DNA of 57,006 nt from Octopus bimaculoides (lineage: Eukaryota). The first letter of the stretch is position 1. Each line of letters begins with the position of its first letter. Under the pieces are notes generated by a model, which was given only the letters and a program-made list of their open reading frames with translations, was not told the origin of the DNA and did no database searches. The stretch is from assembly GCF_001194135.2 (NCBI RefSeq), contig NC_068987.1, positions 16,604,055 through 16,661,060 of the forward strand. Direction: 5' to 3'. The translations under genes and the position numbers were made by a program. Shown piece by piece: positions 12,781 through 24,795 of this stretch.

Positions 12781-12987
12781 AAGACGTCGGGATGACAGAA
12801 ACGTCAGCACGCCAGGCGAAATGCTGAGCGGTATTTCATCTGTCTCTGAGTTCAAATTCCGCCGAGGTCGACTTTGCCTTTTATCTTTTTGGGGTCGATA
12901 AATTAAGTACCAGTTGCGTACTGGAGTTAATCTAATCGACTAGTCCTCTGCCCCAAAATTTTGAGCCTTGTGCCTAGAATAGAAAAG
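12781..12987 (+). mobile_element. SINE family A with 18-bp TSD (17/18 match)
   Basis: Family A core. AATATACGAACTAAATTT at 12763-12780 versus AATATACGGACTAAATTT at 12988-13005. Confidence 0.9.
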
Positions 12988-13069
12988 AATATACGGACTA
13001 AATTTTCGCTCGCCACCTTTTTCTAATCCGCCTATGGTTCGTACTTGTTTTCACATAAAATGTAATATT

Positions 13070-13140
13070 GCTTCTGAGATTCGAACATCGCTTCTGCTAT
13101 AAAGCGTATATTTGTCCTAACCACTGCACCAAAGTGATAC
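13070..13140 (-). mobile_element. Degenerate tRNA-like (Pol III) head, probably a SINE relic
   Basis: Minus strand TGGTGCAGTGGTTAGG (A-box-like) and TGTTCGAATCT (B-box-like). No convincing cloverleaf. Confidence 0.4.
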
Positions 13141-13452
13141 CGCATCTTTTGACTATCTACATTGATAGGCTTTAAGTATATATGTTGACATACGATTGTC
13201 TTGTGAATGGGGGTGTAAGTCCACTCCGTATCAGGCTATAGCATTATACTCTGAGATGTGAAAAGTTGCAACATCGCCTGCATCATTCTCAAATATACAC
13301 TCACCGGTAGAATAAGCCGATAGGCGAAAATTGAAGTTCTAGTTAACTTGATATTCACGATAAATTTGTCTACTCTCAGTATGGTGTCGCACCATCAGTA
13401 GATGTTTATTCTTAGACAACATAGTTTTCACGAATACAGTATATATACAATC

Positions 13453-13454
<2 letters not shown>

Positions 13455-13516
<62 letters not shown>

Positions 13517-14134
13517 CCTATCTGTCTATCTATCTATCTGTCCGTCTGTACACATACATAAGTAAATGAAATATACATATATATGTATATACATCCATAC
13601 ACAAAAATATGTATGTAGGTGCGTTTTCTGCATAAATATGTATATGTATATAATATAATATCATGTGTGTGTGTGTGTGTGTATTCATATACATACGCAC
13701 ACACATATAAAAACACATGAACATACACAAATACATACTGATGTCTATATACATGTATATATATATATAGCCGCGCTGTTAAGAGCCACGCTACAATATT
13801 GTGATATATTGTGTTCGAGAAATGGTGACGTTAATTCAGATAAAATGGAAAGACACTGACACTTTTACACACATACACAAATACGTACACACGTATAAAA
13901 ATACATATACACGCACACGCACACGCACATAAACAGATTACACACATATAAATATATTCTTAGTAGCCTAAATAATTGTACTCGCATGAAACTATGATTA
14001 GGTATGCTGTGATTCGTCGCCTTTGCACAAATTACGATGTATTTTGCACAGACGCATGCACATACACACAGACGCGTATGTACACATGCACACACACCCA
14101 CGTACATACGCACGCACGCACACACGCATGCACG

Positions 14135-14230
<96 letters not shown>
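13455..14230. repeat. (ATCT)n, TA/CA-rich low complexity and a long (CA)n (about 14138-14230)
   Basis: Read directly. Confidence 0.9.
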
Positions 14231-14231
<1 letters not shown>

Positions 14232-14751
14232 TCAGAGACTCATATATCATAATTTAAAGAAACAATTTCGGTGACCATTAATCAAATATCTTGTCAAAAT
14301 ATTAATTAGACAAAATCTAGGTTATAAGTTGTATACTCCTATCATTCTCTCTCGTTGCATCTCTTCCTTCTCCTCGATCATTTCCTCCTCCTCCTGCTCT
14401 TTTTCTCCCCCCGCCTCTCTCTGTCTTCAGAACTATGAATACCCGCACGTGTAGATGCACAAAATCCTTTGCCATTTTAAATCACGTCGCCGTATGTCAT
14501 TGTGTTAATTTTAAAGGGAGTCGGTTGGGGTTAATGACATATTTGGTAGACTGCCAGAGAAAATTTACTGTTATTCTAAGTCTGGTTTCTTTATGTTCTG
14601 AGTTCAAATTCTACCAGGTTTCAATTTATCTGTCACTCTTCAACGGTAAATAAAATATCTAAATACCATACAGATTTAATCGCTTATATCCCTCACACAG
14701 ATGTGAAGTATAGTACCTAAGTTGTAAATAATCATTAGTAGTAGTAGTAAA

Positions 14752-14952
14752 AAGAAGGTGCTGAACTGGCAGAATCCTTAGAACATCGGGCAAAATGCTT
14801 CTAACCATTCCCTCTGTCTTTATGTTCCGAGTTCAAATTCCGCAGAGGTCAACTTTTCTTTCCATTATTTCGGGGTCGATAAAATAAGTACCAGTCGTTG
14901 TAATCGATTAATCCCTCCCCCAAATTTCGTGCCTTGTGCTTATAGTAGAAAG
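14752..14952 (+). mobile_element. SINE family A (older fragment at about 14590-14700)
   Basis: CTGGCAGAATCCTTAG...GAGTTCAAATTCCGCAGAGGTCAAC...GGGGTCGATAAAATAAGTACCAG. Confidence 0.85.
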
Positions 14953-16449
14953 TGGTTAGGAAGAAAGCTTTTTACCACACAGCATCGTCTGCACCTATTT
15001 GCATCATTTGGTCACCTATTTGTATCAGTTAACTACGGTAGAAGTTGAATAATATTCTTAAGGTCGCAATTTACTCACACGTAGCATCTTCAGATAAGGA
15101 GACTTTTAATATATGTCACCGGCGTCATTGAGGTAAGGAAAAAAATATCAACGACACCGCTATTTGACACATTATTAAGTAGCATAATAGCATAATGGAT
15201 TACATGGTAAATATGAGCAGCAGAAATAATATTCTTAAGATTATAAACCTGGAAAATTACAGGACAGGTTATCACACTTAGAAAAGTTCAGAGCAATTTA
15301 TTACAACTGGTAAAGTACAGAACAAGAAAATTTTTGCTTAAAATATTGCAGCTAAGGATAACATTTCAAATAAAATATTTAGATCTAGAAAATATTAGCT
15401 TTTATTAAAACTAAAAATTTTATTATAAGTTATTACTTCCGTTTGGTATTGAATATTTTTAAAGTGCAAAAAATATTTTAATTGAATTATTTTTTAAATT
15501 TTTAATAGAAGTAACAAGTAATAACAAATAGAAGTAATAACTTGTAGTAAAATTTTTAGTTTTAATAAAAACTAATGTTTATTGAATCTAAATATTTTAT
15601 TTGAAATTTTATCATTGGTACAACGCCTTTGCTTCTGTGTATGTGCGATTACCTCAGATCTGATGTTAAATAGCAACAAAAACAACGAAACCGATTTTCT
15701 TTTCGTTTTTATCCAAGGACGAAAGACCTTGACTTCAATTCGCTGCGTATAAAATGTTGTACATATATTCAGTCTAATTCCAAAGATATGCTGTTTATAG
15801 CATATATAATTCAGTACACATTGATGTACTGAATTGGAAATTCAACAAGATAAAGTTACTGAAACCAGATCAACATGAGCGCTTGGAACTTTCTGGAAGG
15901 CAGCCGACAGCAAAACAGAATTTCTAAATTCTGAGCAGTACTAATATGTTAGCATAGCAAAGCATGCGGATAACAAACTAAACGTTTAGCAATTAAGTGT
16001 GAAAGTTTCGTATTCATGCATGCAGACTTAAGTTGAGGTTAAAGATAAATGGAAAGAAGCGTTATGGCAAGGTGGTTATGAAATTCAGTTTTCAAGTTCT
16101 TGGATGTAAGGTTCGTTCTCAGGATGTGGAAGCTTTTGTAAGTGACTTCGAAAATAGCTTCAGTTCGACTGAAGCTTTGTGAATGAAGTATTATGATAGA
16201 TGGAAATGTGTGCAAGCCTGTAGGAATCGTTCCTGTTCTGTGGGGTTTATCTTTTGTTCTTTTTTGACACATCAGTGACTAAGATGCCACACTGAGAATG
16301 TGCCAAATCATCGTCATCACCAAGTCATCGTCATCCCCAAGTGAACGTCATCGCCAGGTCTTCACCAGAGAGAAAAATATCCCCAACTAAATATAGGTAA
16401 TAAAAAAAAAACAAAAAGCAATAACTGAAATATTTGTTAATTATTCTTG

Positions 16450-16690
16450 TATTGTATTACTTGTTTCAGCCATTGGTCTGCGGCCACACTGGAGCACTGC
16501 TTTCAAGGGATTGGTCAAACAAATCGACCTCAGTTTGATAACTACTCTATCATTCTTTGCTGAACCGCTAGGTCAGTGAGATGTTCGGGACTATATTGAA
16601 TGACACTTATCCAAGGTACCACACAGTGTGATTGAACTTGAAGCCACGTAGTTACGAAGTGTACTTCTTAATAATACAGCCAAGTCTGCG
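16450..16690 (-). mobile_element. SINE family B, internally deleted
   Basis: CAGCCATTGGTCTGCGGCCACACTGGAGCAC...CTGAACCGCTAG...GACACTTATCCAAGGTACCACACAG. Confidence 0.75.
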
Positions 16691-17334
16691 ACTGAAGCAT
16701 CACCATAAAATAGCAACAGTAGAAACAGTTGTTACGAGATACGAACTCCTAACGGTCTACCACGTTATCTATCAATTTAGAACATTCGTATTTAGTTGAG
16801 TTTCAGGATGTGTTCAAAATTATTCCGGCTGTCAAAAATTCCAACAACTAAATTTAAGTACAACCACTTTGACCTACATAACAGCAGAAACAAGTGGAAA
16901 ATAAAATCAAATAAACAAGCAAACACAACACGAAAACCTTGACATCCGATACTGAGAATCATTTGAAAATTCATCCGTCTGTTTGGAACAACAACAAAAA
17001 GTATATCTGAATAGACTATAATTGGTTACATAGATTTCGGTTGTGTTTTAATATCCAGTAAGCGCTTCGTTTATATTTATACTAGTAATGATAGTTGGTT
17101 TTTACTGAAAATGATTGAACGTCGTACCATCTCATTTCCTCTAATTAAAAATTTGGCACTGAGCTTAATTATAAAACATTATTAACGGAGGAATCTTAAT
17201 GTAGGCGTTCTACTTTCTATAACTACCATATCTACCCTCAAATTTTACTCCATCGTCTTCAGAACGTATTAAAAAAATGAAGACATGGAGTAATATAGTC
17301 AGTCTTAGATTTACAACTCACCTCGATGTCCAGT

Positions 17335-18220
17335 CCTTGTAGTATAGAGACTTGCGTGTCTCAATGACAATGGGGGCTATGCCTACGGAGCGTTAGCTCC
17401 TGGCGGGGACTCCCTTGCTCAACAAGTCAAAGGACGGAGGATAAACTAACATAAACTATGTTTTATCTTTTACTTGTTTCAGTCATTTGACTGCGGTCAT
17501 GCTGGGTTTTAGTCGAACAAATCGACACTAGGACTTATTTTTTCAAGCCTTGTACTAATTCTATCGGTCTCTCTTGCCAAACCGCTAAGTTACGGCGATG
17601 TAAACACATCACCACTGGTTGTTAAGCGGTGGTGGGGGATATAAATACACAGAGACACACAGTCATAGATATATACATGCATACGGCTTCTTTTAGTTTC
17701 CGTTCACCAAATATACTCACAAAGCTTTGGTCGGCCCGATGCTATAGTGTAAGACACTTGCCCAAGGTGCCACGCAGTGGGACTGAACTCGGAAACATGT
17801 GGTTGAAAAGCAAGCTTCTTACCACACAGCCACGCCTCCGCCTATGGTATATGCAGTCTCGTCTACCCAGAAGAAAAAGTAGGTTTGCGTACAGCCAACA
17901 CCCCTACCTAGAGAAAGCAAAGTTACAGAAGCATCGATGACAATTCAAAGCCAAGACCTGAGATACAAAGGCCTTCCCTCAGGAATCACATGAGATGGCG
18001 CGGCAAAATCCGATAGGAAACCAATATTTTGCACTACGCGTTAGACCAGAACCTGGAAACCACAAAAGAAATGAACGAGAGGACATTCTGAAAATCGATA
18101 CTGAATCAGAGGTGACAAAGCAGGGATCCAATTGGAGAGAAGAAAAAAGAGCCCAGAGCTGAGACCATTGGAGAAAAATTGTGATAACCTATGCTCCATC
18201 GGGAGCAAATTGCTTAAGTA
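17335..18220 (+). mobile_element. Non-autonomous RTE-clade derivative (5'UTR joined to 3' end), interrupted by a family B SINE at 17461-17844
   Basis: RTE-like 5'UTR GACTTGCGTGTCTCAATGAC...GCTATGCC...GCTCCTGGCGGGGACTCCC...GTCAAAGG. The 3' part translates, with a stop and a frameshift, as VTKQGSNWREEKRAQS*DHWRKIVDNLCSIGS, an RTE ORF C-terminus pattern. Homologous to 33300-33665. Confidence 0.75.
17461..17844 (-). mobile_element. SINE family B, near full length
   Basis: Same blocks as 5922-6308. Confidence 0.9.
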
Positions 18221-18418
18221 GATACACATTAAATGATAAACGGCAGGGTGGTTATGAATTGAATGTTGATGATCATAAATCTGTTCAGTCAGAGCTGATC
18301 TGGAGCTAAGTAAAACAACAAGGCATGAATCATTATCTGCTTAGGAGACATTAGCACGCATCAGTAAATGAATTGTTCGCTGATTTCTGCAAACAAGAAC
18401 GCGTGCACTTATTAAATA

Positions 18419-18628
18419 CATCGGTCCGAGAGAGTAGTTACGAGTGAGGAGAGACACAACCAGGTGGAAAAAACCACGGTGTCTCAAATAATTTGCTTGC
18501 TGATTCCTCTAAACAACTGCAGGCGCTTTTGTTAGATTCATCGGTCAAGCGGAGGAGCTTCGACTGAGGAGACACGCAATGAGGTAGAAACACCGTCATG
18601 TTTCGATACCTCCTTACACCGATGAATC
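18419..18628 (+). ncRNA. Tandem pair (120-bp period) of degenerate type-I hammerhead-like motifs, Penelope/retrozyme-like relic
   Basis: Copy 2: CTGAGGA 18564-18570, GAAAC 18587-18591, long stem I (GATTCATCGGT 18535-18545 pairs with ACCGATGAATC 18618-18628). Copy 1: GTGAGGA 18444-18450. Confidence 0.5.
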
Positions 18629-18931
18629 ACGGGGAGGTGGTGTTCTACTTTGACGAAAAACAACATCGATCAGATATCCAAAGACGAATCTGCCAGGACT
18701 TATTAAGAACGAACGTGAATATTATGATTATCGGGGAAAACATTTACTCAAATTCTATTCCCTAATGTTCTTTTTCACTCCTTGAAAATTCTCACGTTTC
18801 CTGTCATTGTAAACAACAATAACTGTTACAGTTTACAAGTAATGTGACTTGTAAACCGGAGGAAATTACACTTGACGATAAGGTCAAACTAGCGATCTAA
18901 GTTCGAGTAAAGTTTATACTACTGCTGCTAT

Positions 18932-18987
<56 letters not shown>

Positions 18988-19049
18988 GTTACTGTTTCAT
19001 TATTTGTGTGTGTGCGTGTGTGTTGTGTATGTATGTATGTGTATATATA

Positions 19050-19960
19050 TCCTTTTAATTGCTTCAGTTATTTGAGTGCGGCCATACTGGAGCACCGCAT
19101 TTAGTCGAACAAGTCGACCCCAGAACTTATTCTCTGTGAGCGTAGTACTTATTCTATCGGTTTCTTTTGCCGAACCGCTAGTTTACGGGGAGGTAAACGC
19201 ACCAACATCGGTTGTCAAGTGATGGTAGGGCAATAAAGACAGGCACACAAACACACACAAACATACACACAACAATACGCACACACACACACACGCATAT
19301 AGGTTTGGTTGACGAGTTAAGAAAATAATTGAGATTCAGTTGAATTAGGTACTTAAGTTGATGCACCAAAAATTAGTGCGGTATTATCCGTACAACTCAA
19401 AATAAGGTGAATAAAATCAAAATAAGCAACACCTCTGGATAACCTGTTGCTTATTTTTATTATATATATANNNNNNNNNNNNNNNNNNNNNNNNNNNNNN
19501 NNNNNNNNNNNNNNNNNNNNNNNNNNNNNNNNNNNNNNNNNNNNNNNNNNNNNNNNNNNNNNNNNNNNNNNNNNNNNNNNNNNNNNNNNNNNNNNNNNNN
19601 NNNNNNNNNNNNNNNNNNNNNNNNNNNNNNNNNNNNNNNNNNNNNNNNNNNNNNNNNNNNNNNNNNNNNNNNNNNNNNNNNNNNNNNNNNNNNNNNNNNN
19701 NNNNNNNNNNNNNNNNNNNNNNNNNNNNNNNNNNNNNNNNNNNNNNNNNNNNNNNNNNNNNNNNNNNNNNNNNNNNNNNNNNNNNNNNNNNNNNNTATAT
19801 ATATATACGACGGGCTTCTTTCAGTTTCTGTCTACCAAATGCACTCACAAGGCTTTGGTGGGCCCGAGGCTATAGTAGAAGACATTTGCCCAAGGTTCCA
19901 CGCAGTGGGACTGAATCCACAACCATGTGGTTAGTAAGCTACTTACCACACATCCAACCC
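19050..19960 (-). mobile_element. SINE family B split at its central microsatellite by an insertion (about 19285-19470) and a gap
   Basis: The 3' half lies at 19050-19275 and the 5' half resumes at 19796 with TATATACGACGGGCTTCTTTCAGTTTC. Confidence 0.8.
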
Positions 19961-19962
19961 TC

Positions 19963-20026
<64 letters not shown>

Positions 20027-20169
20027 TGTTATGTCTTTTGATTGTAAGCCGTCTTAATGCTCTCCTTTTTGTCCGCTGAGTGGATTGGAATAACAATAAG
20101 TAAAGTACTTGGACCAAGGCTGAGCTACGTCAATCTGGAATCTCATGGTTTAACAACTCACACCATTGT

Positions 20170-20830
20170 CATGAATGTATGTATGAACGTGTGTGTGTAT
20201 GAGTGTGTGAGTGTATGTATGTGTGGTTGCTAATCCTGCAGAGTTTTTGGCATAAGCCAACCAGTGCTTTTGACGAAAGGCACTTGCCCAAGTGGACACA
20301 CGACGCGGCAAGATCGAACCAAGAACTATATGGCTGAGAAGCAAAATTTCTTGATCAGACAGTCGTCTTCCTCGACCAGAATCGAAAGTCAGCGAAATAT
20401 TAATTATTTTAGAAGTCGAACTGCAAGTATCTATTACAGAGACGAATTATAAAAACAAAAAAAGACTACTTTCATCTCTTTCCAGGTTTCCAAACACAAA
20501 AATAGAACAGAATAATCAGTGACCCATTGAAGAGAGATTTAAGTGTGACATATATCATCGTACCGTTATTAAGATTTGCTACGGTATATTGTGTTTGATA
20601 AAGTGGAAGCCGAGACGTTGCATTTAAAAATAACATATAATGGTATTAGTTTATGCTTTTAATCTTTTATACTGATTTCCAGTCATTGGATTACAGACGG
20701 GCCCAGACAACATCTTCAAGGGTTTTACTTGACCATGTCGATCTTAGTATTTATTCCAGTCTGGTACGTTTATTTTTCGACCTCTATTCGATGAGGTAGT
20801 ATGTTACAGGACTTGGTGCGAAACACGCGC
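20170..20830 (-). mobile_element. Degenerate family B fragments (about 20170-20360 and 20665-20830)
   Basis: GGCACTTGCCCAAGTGGACACACG; CAGTCATTGGATTACAG...CTTCAAGGGTTTTAC. Confidence 0.55.
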
Positions 20831-20894
20831 ACACACAAACGCATAAACACACACACACTTTAGTGTGTGTGTGAATGTGTGTGTATCTAACTAT

Positions 20895-20907
20895 GTCTGC
20901 CAGTCTG

Positions 20908-20974
<67 letters not shown>

Positions 20975-21235
20975 GTCTGTCTGTCTGTCTGTCCGTCTGT
21001 CCCTCAATCCATACATCTATACAAAAACTATCTCTCTGTCTACTCTCCCCCTCTCTCTCTAGCCATCAATCCATACTTCCATCTGTCTGCCTATCTATCT
21101 GTCTATCTGTCTATCTATCTATCTATCTATCTATCTAACTATATCTATCTATCTATCTATCTATCTATCAGTCTGTCTGTCTGTTTGTCTGTCTGCCTGT
21201 CTGTCTGTCTGTCCGTCTGTCTGTCCGTCTGTCTA

Positions 21236-21268
<33 letters not shown>

Positions 21269-21370
21269 CTATTTACCTATCTGTCTGTCTTTCTCTCTCT
21301 TTCACATTATCTATCCGTCTACCTATCTCTCTATCACTCTCGCTATTTATATTTGTCTATGTCTCTCTGT
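20895..21370. repeat. (TCTA)n/(TCTG)n compound microsatellite
   Basis: Read directly. Confidence 0.95.
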
Positions 21371-21439
21371 CTGTGACGGACCCATTGCGGTTTCTGGCTA
21401 CCAAATTCCAATTACAAAATGTATTGTGCGTGCATTTGC

Positions 21440-21785
21440 GCCTCCCCACCGCTTGTCAACTGCCACCATGCTGGGGCACCGTGTTAAAAGGCTTAGACGA
21501 ACAAATAGATCCCAGGACTTATTTTTGAGTGTGGTACTAATTGCATCGGCTCTTTTGTCTAAACGCTAAGTTACGGGGACATTAACAAACCAACACTGGT
21601 TGTTAAGTGGGGAAACGCACACAAATACAATGGGTTACAGTTTTTTTCCTGCTAAATTCACTTGTAAGGCACTGGTTGGCCTGAAGCTTTAGTAGAAGAC
21701 AGTGCCCAAGGCGCCGGTAGCGCACAGTAGGTCTGAACCTGAAAGCACGTGGTTGCAAAGCGAGCTTCTTATCTACTGAGCCATT
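21440..21785 (-). mobile_element. SINE family B, diverged
   Basis: CCATGCTGGGGCACCG...AAACGCTAAGTTACGGGGAC...AGAAGACAGTGCCCAAGG. Confidence 0.8.
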
Positions 21786-22288
21786 AATAAAAACGTTTTC
21801 TGTATTTGTCACAACGGCGTTAGACGAGGGTATTTACAAAGCCAATTTACATAAGAAATAAAGACGACGAAGCTCTACATAGAATCTAATACATGAAAGA
21901 AGACATAAAAGAAAGAAAAAAAAATAACAGTAATGATGATGATAATATGGTTCGGATTTGTTTGTATTTGGAAATATATGGAGAACTGTTTTTGTTTGCA
22001 TTTAAAGCAAACAGATTAATGGTTTTATCATTCTTGGGAGATACTTGAAAGACAGAGAAAAAACAACACACGGCTTGGAAATTATAAAAGCTTAGTTGCT
22101 GCAAATGACTAATTTCTGTCAAATCGTCTACTTAACGTCCAAGCATAATAAGTATATAAATAAAAGATAAATATATTGTATAGAAATGCAGATTGTGTTG
22201 CGAATATAAGCTAATGAAAAAAAAAAAAATAAAAGGGAAGAAAAAAGAACTATACATGAATTAAAAAATAGGTTAAGATATTTTAGAC

Positions 22289-22289
<1 letters not shown>

Positions 22290-22362
<73 letters not shown>
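22290..22362. repeat. (TTA)n microsatellite
   Basis: Read directly. Confidence 0.97.
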
Positions 22363-22367
<5 letters not shown>

Positions 22368-22635
22368 CTGTCTTATTTTTATCACGTGTTTTCACTGCAC
22401 TACCGAGCGCAGCTCTGTATGCCTAGGATATGTGCTGTGGTTTATTGTGACGCTCTTATTTTTATGGTATTAAAAGTGTCTTACGTAGGATGTGTGCGGT
22501 GCCCAGCAGTGCTATTTTCTGTATGTTAGTCCTGGTGTTTTTGTTACGTATTTGTCTTCTTTTGCTTCTTATTATTATTTTGATTATTATTTACTTACTG
22601 TTAGCTTTCTCTCCTCAAAAATACAGAGAACAAGC

Positions 22636-22673
22636 ACTCACCTGTAAGAAATGAAAATGAAAACTAGTTAGAA
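22636..22673 (-). promoter_or_regulatory. Candidate recursive splice site (branch point, pyrimidine tract, CAG|GTGAGT)
   Basis: Minus strand TTCTAACTAGTTTTCATTTTCATTTCTTACAG|GTGAGT. The branch A at 22668 is 26 nt from the acceptor end. Confidence 0.5.
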
Positions 22674-24516
22674 ATGGTTCACGATAATAGAATTAATAGC
22701 ACATGTGGGTATAGAAGATAATAGAAAATAACAATAATAACAATAACTAAACGAATGAATAGAAAAAGTACATGACGAAGAATTGTATTGTATAGTTTTA
22801 TCTATGTATATTGTCATGTCATTCCTGTAAAATCTTTCGTCTTTTATGTTTAAAATCGACGCAGTCTGTAAGTCGGAATAGGAAATAAAACGGTGCAACA
22901 TACAAAAGACAATGGAATTGTTGGCGGATTCTTTGAATAACGATTACTTTTATTGGCCACAAGAGATCAAATATTCGCGACAATACAAAGACGACATACG
23001 AATGGAAACAACAAGACACAGTGGGAGATTTACATCGAGTTAAATGGAGAGAAAATAAAAGTAGACGCATATATATGNNNNNNNNNNNNNNNNNNNNNNN
23101 NNNNNNNNNNNNNNNNNNNNNNNNNNNNNNNNNNNNNNNNNNNNNNNNNNNNNNNNNNNNNNNNNNNNNNNNNNNNNNNNNNNNNNNNNNNNNNNNNNNN
23201 NNNNNNNNNNNNNNNNNNNNNNNNNNNNNNNNNNNNNNNNNNNNNNNNNNNNNNNNNNNNNNNNNNNNNNNNNNNNNNNNNNNNNNNNNNNNNNNNNNNN
23301 NNNNNNNNNNNNNNNNNNNNNNNNNNNNNNNNNNNNNNNNNNNNNNNNNNNNNNNNNNNNNNNNNNNNNNNNNNNNNNNNNNNNNNNNNNNNNNNNNNNN
23401 NNNNNNNNNNNNNNNNNNNNNNNNNNNNNNNNNNNNNNNNNNNNNNNNNNNNNNNNNNNNNNNNNNNNNNNNNNNNNNNNNNNNNNNNNNNNNNNNNNNN
23501 NNNNNNNNNNNNNNNNNNNNNNNNNNNNNNNNNNNNNNNNNNNNNNNNNNNNNNNNNNNNNNNNNNNNNNNNNNNNNNNNNNNNNNNNNNNNNNNNNNNN
23601 NNNNNNNNNNNNNNNNNNNNNNNNNNNNNNNNNNNNNNNNNNNNNNNNNNNNNNNNNNNNNNNNNNNNNNNNNNNNNNNNNNNNNNNNNNNNNNNNNNNN
23701 NNNNNNNNNNNNNNNNNNNNNNNNNNNNNNNNNNNNNNNNNNNNNNNNNNNNNNNNNNNNNNNNNNNNNNNNNNNNNNNNNNNNNNNNNNNNNNNNNNNN
23801 NNNNNNNNNNNNNNNNNNNNNNNNNNNNNNNNNNNNNNNNNNNNNNNNNNNNNNNNNNNNNNNNNNNNNNNNNNNNNNNNNNNNNNNNNNNNNNNNNNNN
23901 NNNNNNNNNNNNNNNNNNNNNNNNNNNNNNNNNNNNNNNNNNNNNNNNNNNNNNNNNNNNNNNNNNNNNNNNNNNNNNNNNNNNNNNNNNNNNNNNNNNN
24001 NNNNNNNNNNNNNNNNNNNNNNNNNNNNNNNNNNNNNNNNNNNNNNNNNNNNNNNNNNNNNNNNNNNNNNNTATATATAGACATATACATGTATGTACAT
24101 AGTGCTTGCATCCCTTTTAGGGATTCACCCTTAAATCCCTGTGACTATCTTCTTTTTCTTAATGTATAACATCTGTTCTCTCCATATCAAATATAGCAAT
24201 TATTATAACGCATCTAAACTATATATAAAACAACCTTTTCTTAGAATTTGCAATCTCTGCGAATCTAACAGAAATTTCAGTGACAATACATCGCGTCTAA
24301 TATGCGACCAGAAGATGACTACATCGATCTGGAGCAATGGTATAAGGAGAATTTATTTTTGCTTGAATTACTGAGAAACTTAATAAGTTTTTAACGAATT
24401 AAAGTAGGGTTATGGGAGATTTGATGGTTTTCGCTATTAAAAAGTTATTAGCATATTCTTCGAAGTGATTTCAACTAGAAATTGGATTCCAACTAAAAAT
24501 TAGATTTCAACAAGGA

Positions 24517-24795
24517 ATTGGCTGAGTAGTAATAGGTTTGCTTCCCAGCCACATGGTACTTGGGTCAGTCCCACTGCGTGGCATCTTCTGGCAAATGTCT
24601 TCTAGTATAGCTTCGGGATGATCAAAGCCCTGTTAATGAATTTCGTTGACGGAAAATGAAACAAGCCCGTCGTATATGTGTGTGTGTGTGTGTGTGTGTT
24701 TGCTACCACCTGGCAACCGGTGTTGGTGTGTTTACGTTCCCGTAACTTAGCGGTTCGGCAACAGAACGGATAGAATACGTACCAGGTTTGAAAAA
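24517..24795 (+). mobile_element. SINE family B, plus orientation
   Basis: CCACATGGTACTTGGGTCAGTCCCACTGCGTGGCATC...(TG)n...CGTAACTTAGCGGTTCGGCAAC. Confidence 0.88.

Noticed and set aside
15645-15680. Minus-strand 7-nt microexon candidate (CAG|ATCTGAG|GTAATC)
   Set aside because: Weak donor, not frame-preserving, and expected by chance.
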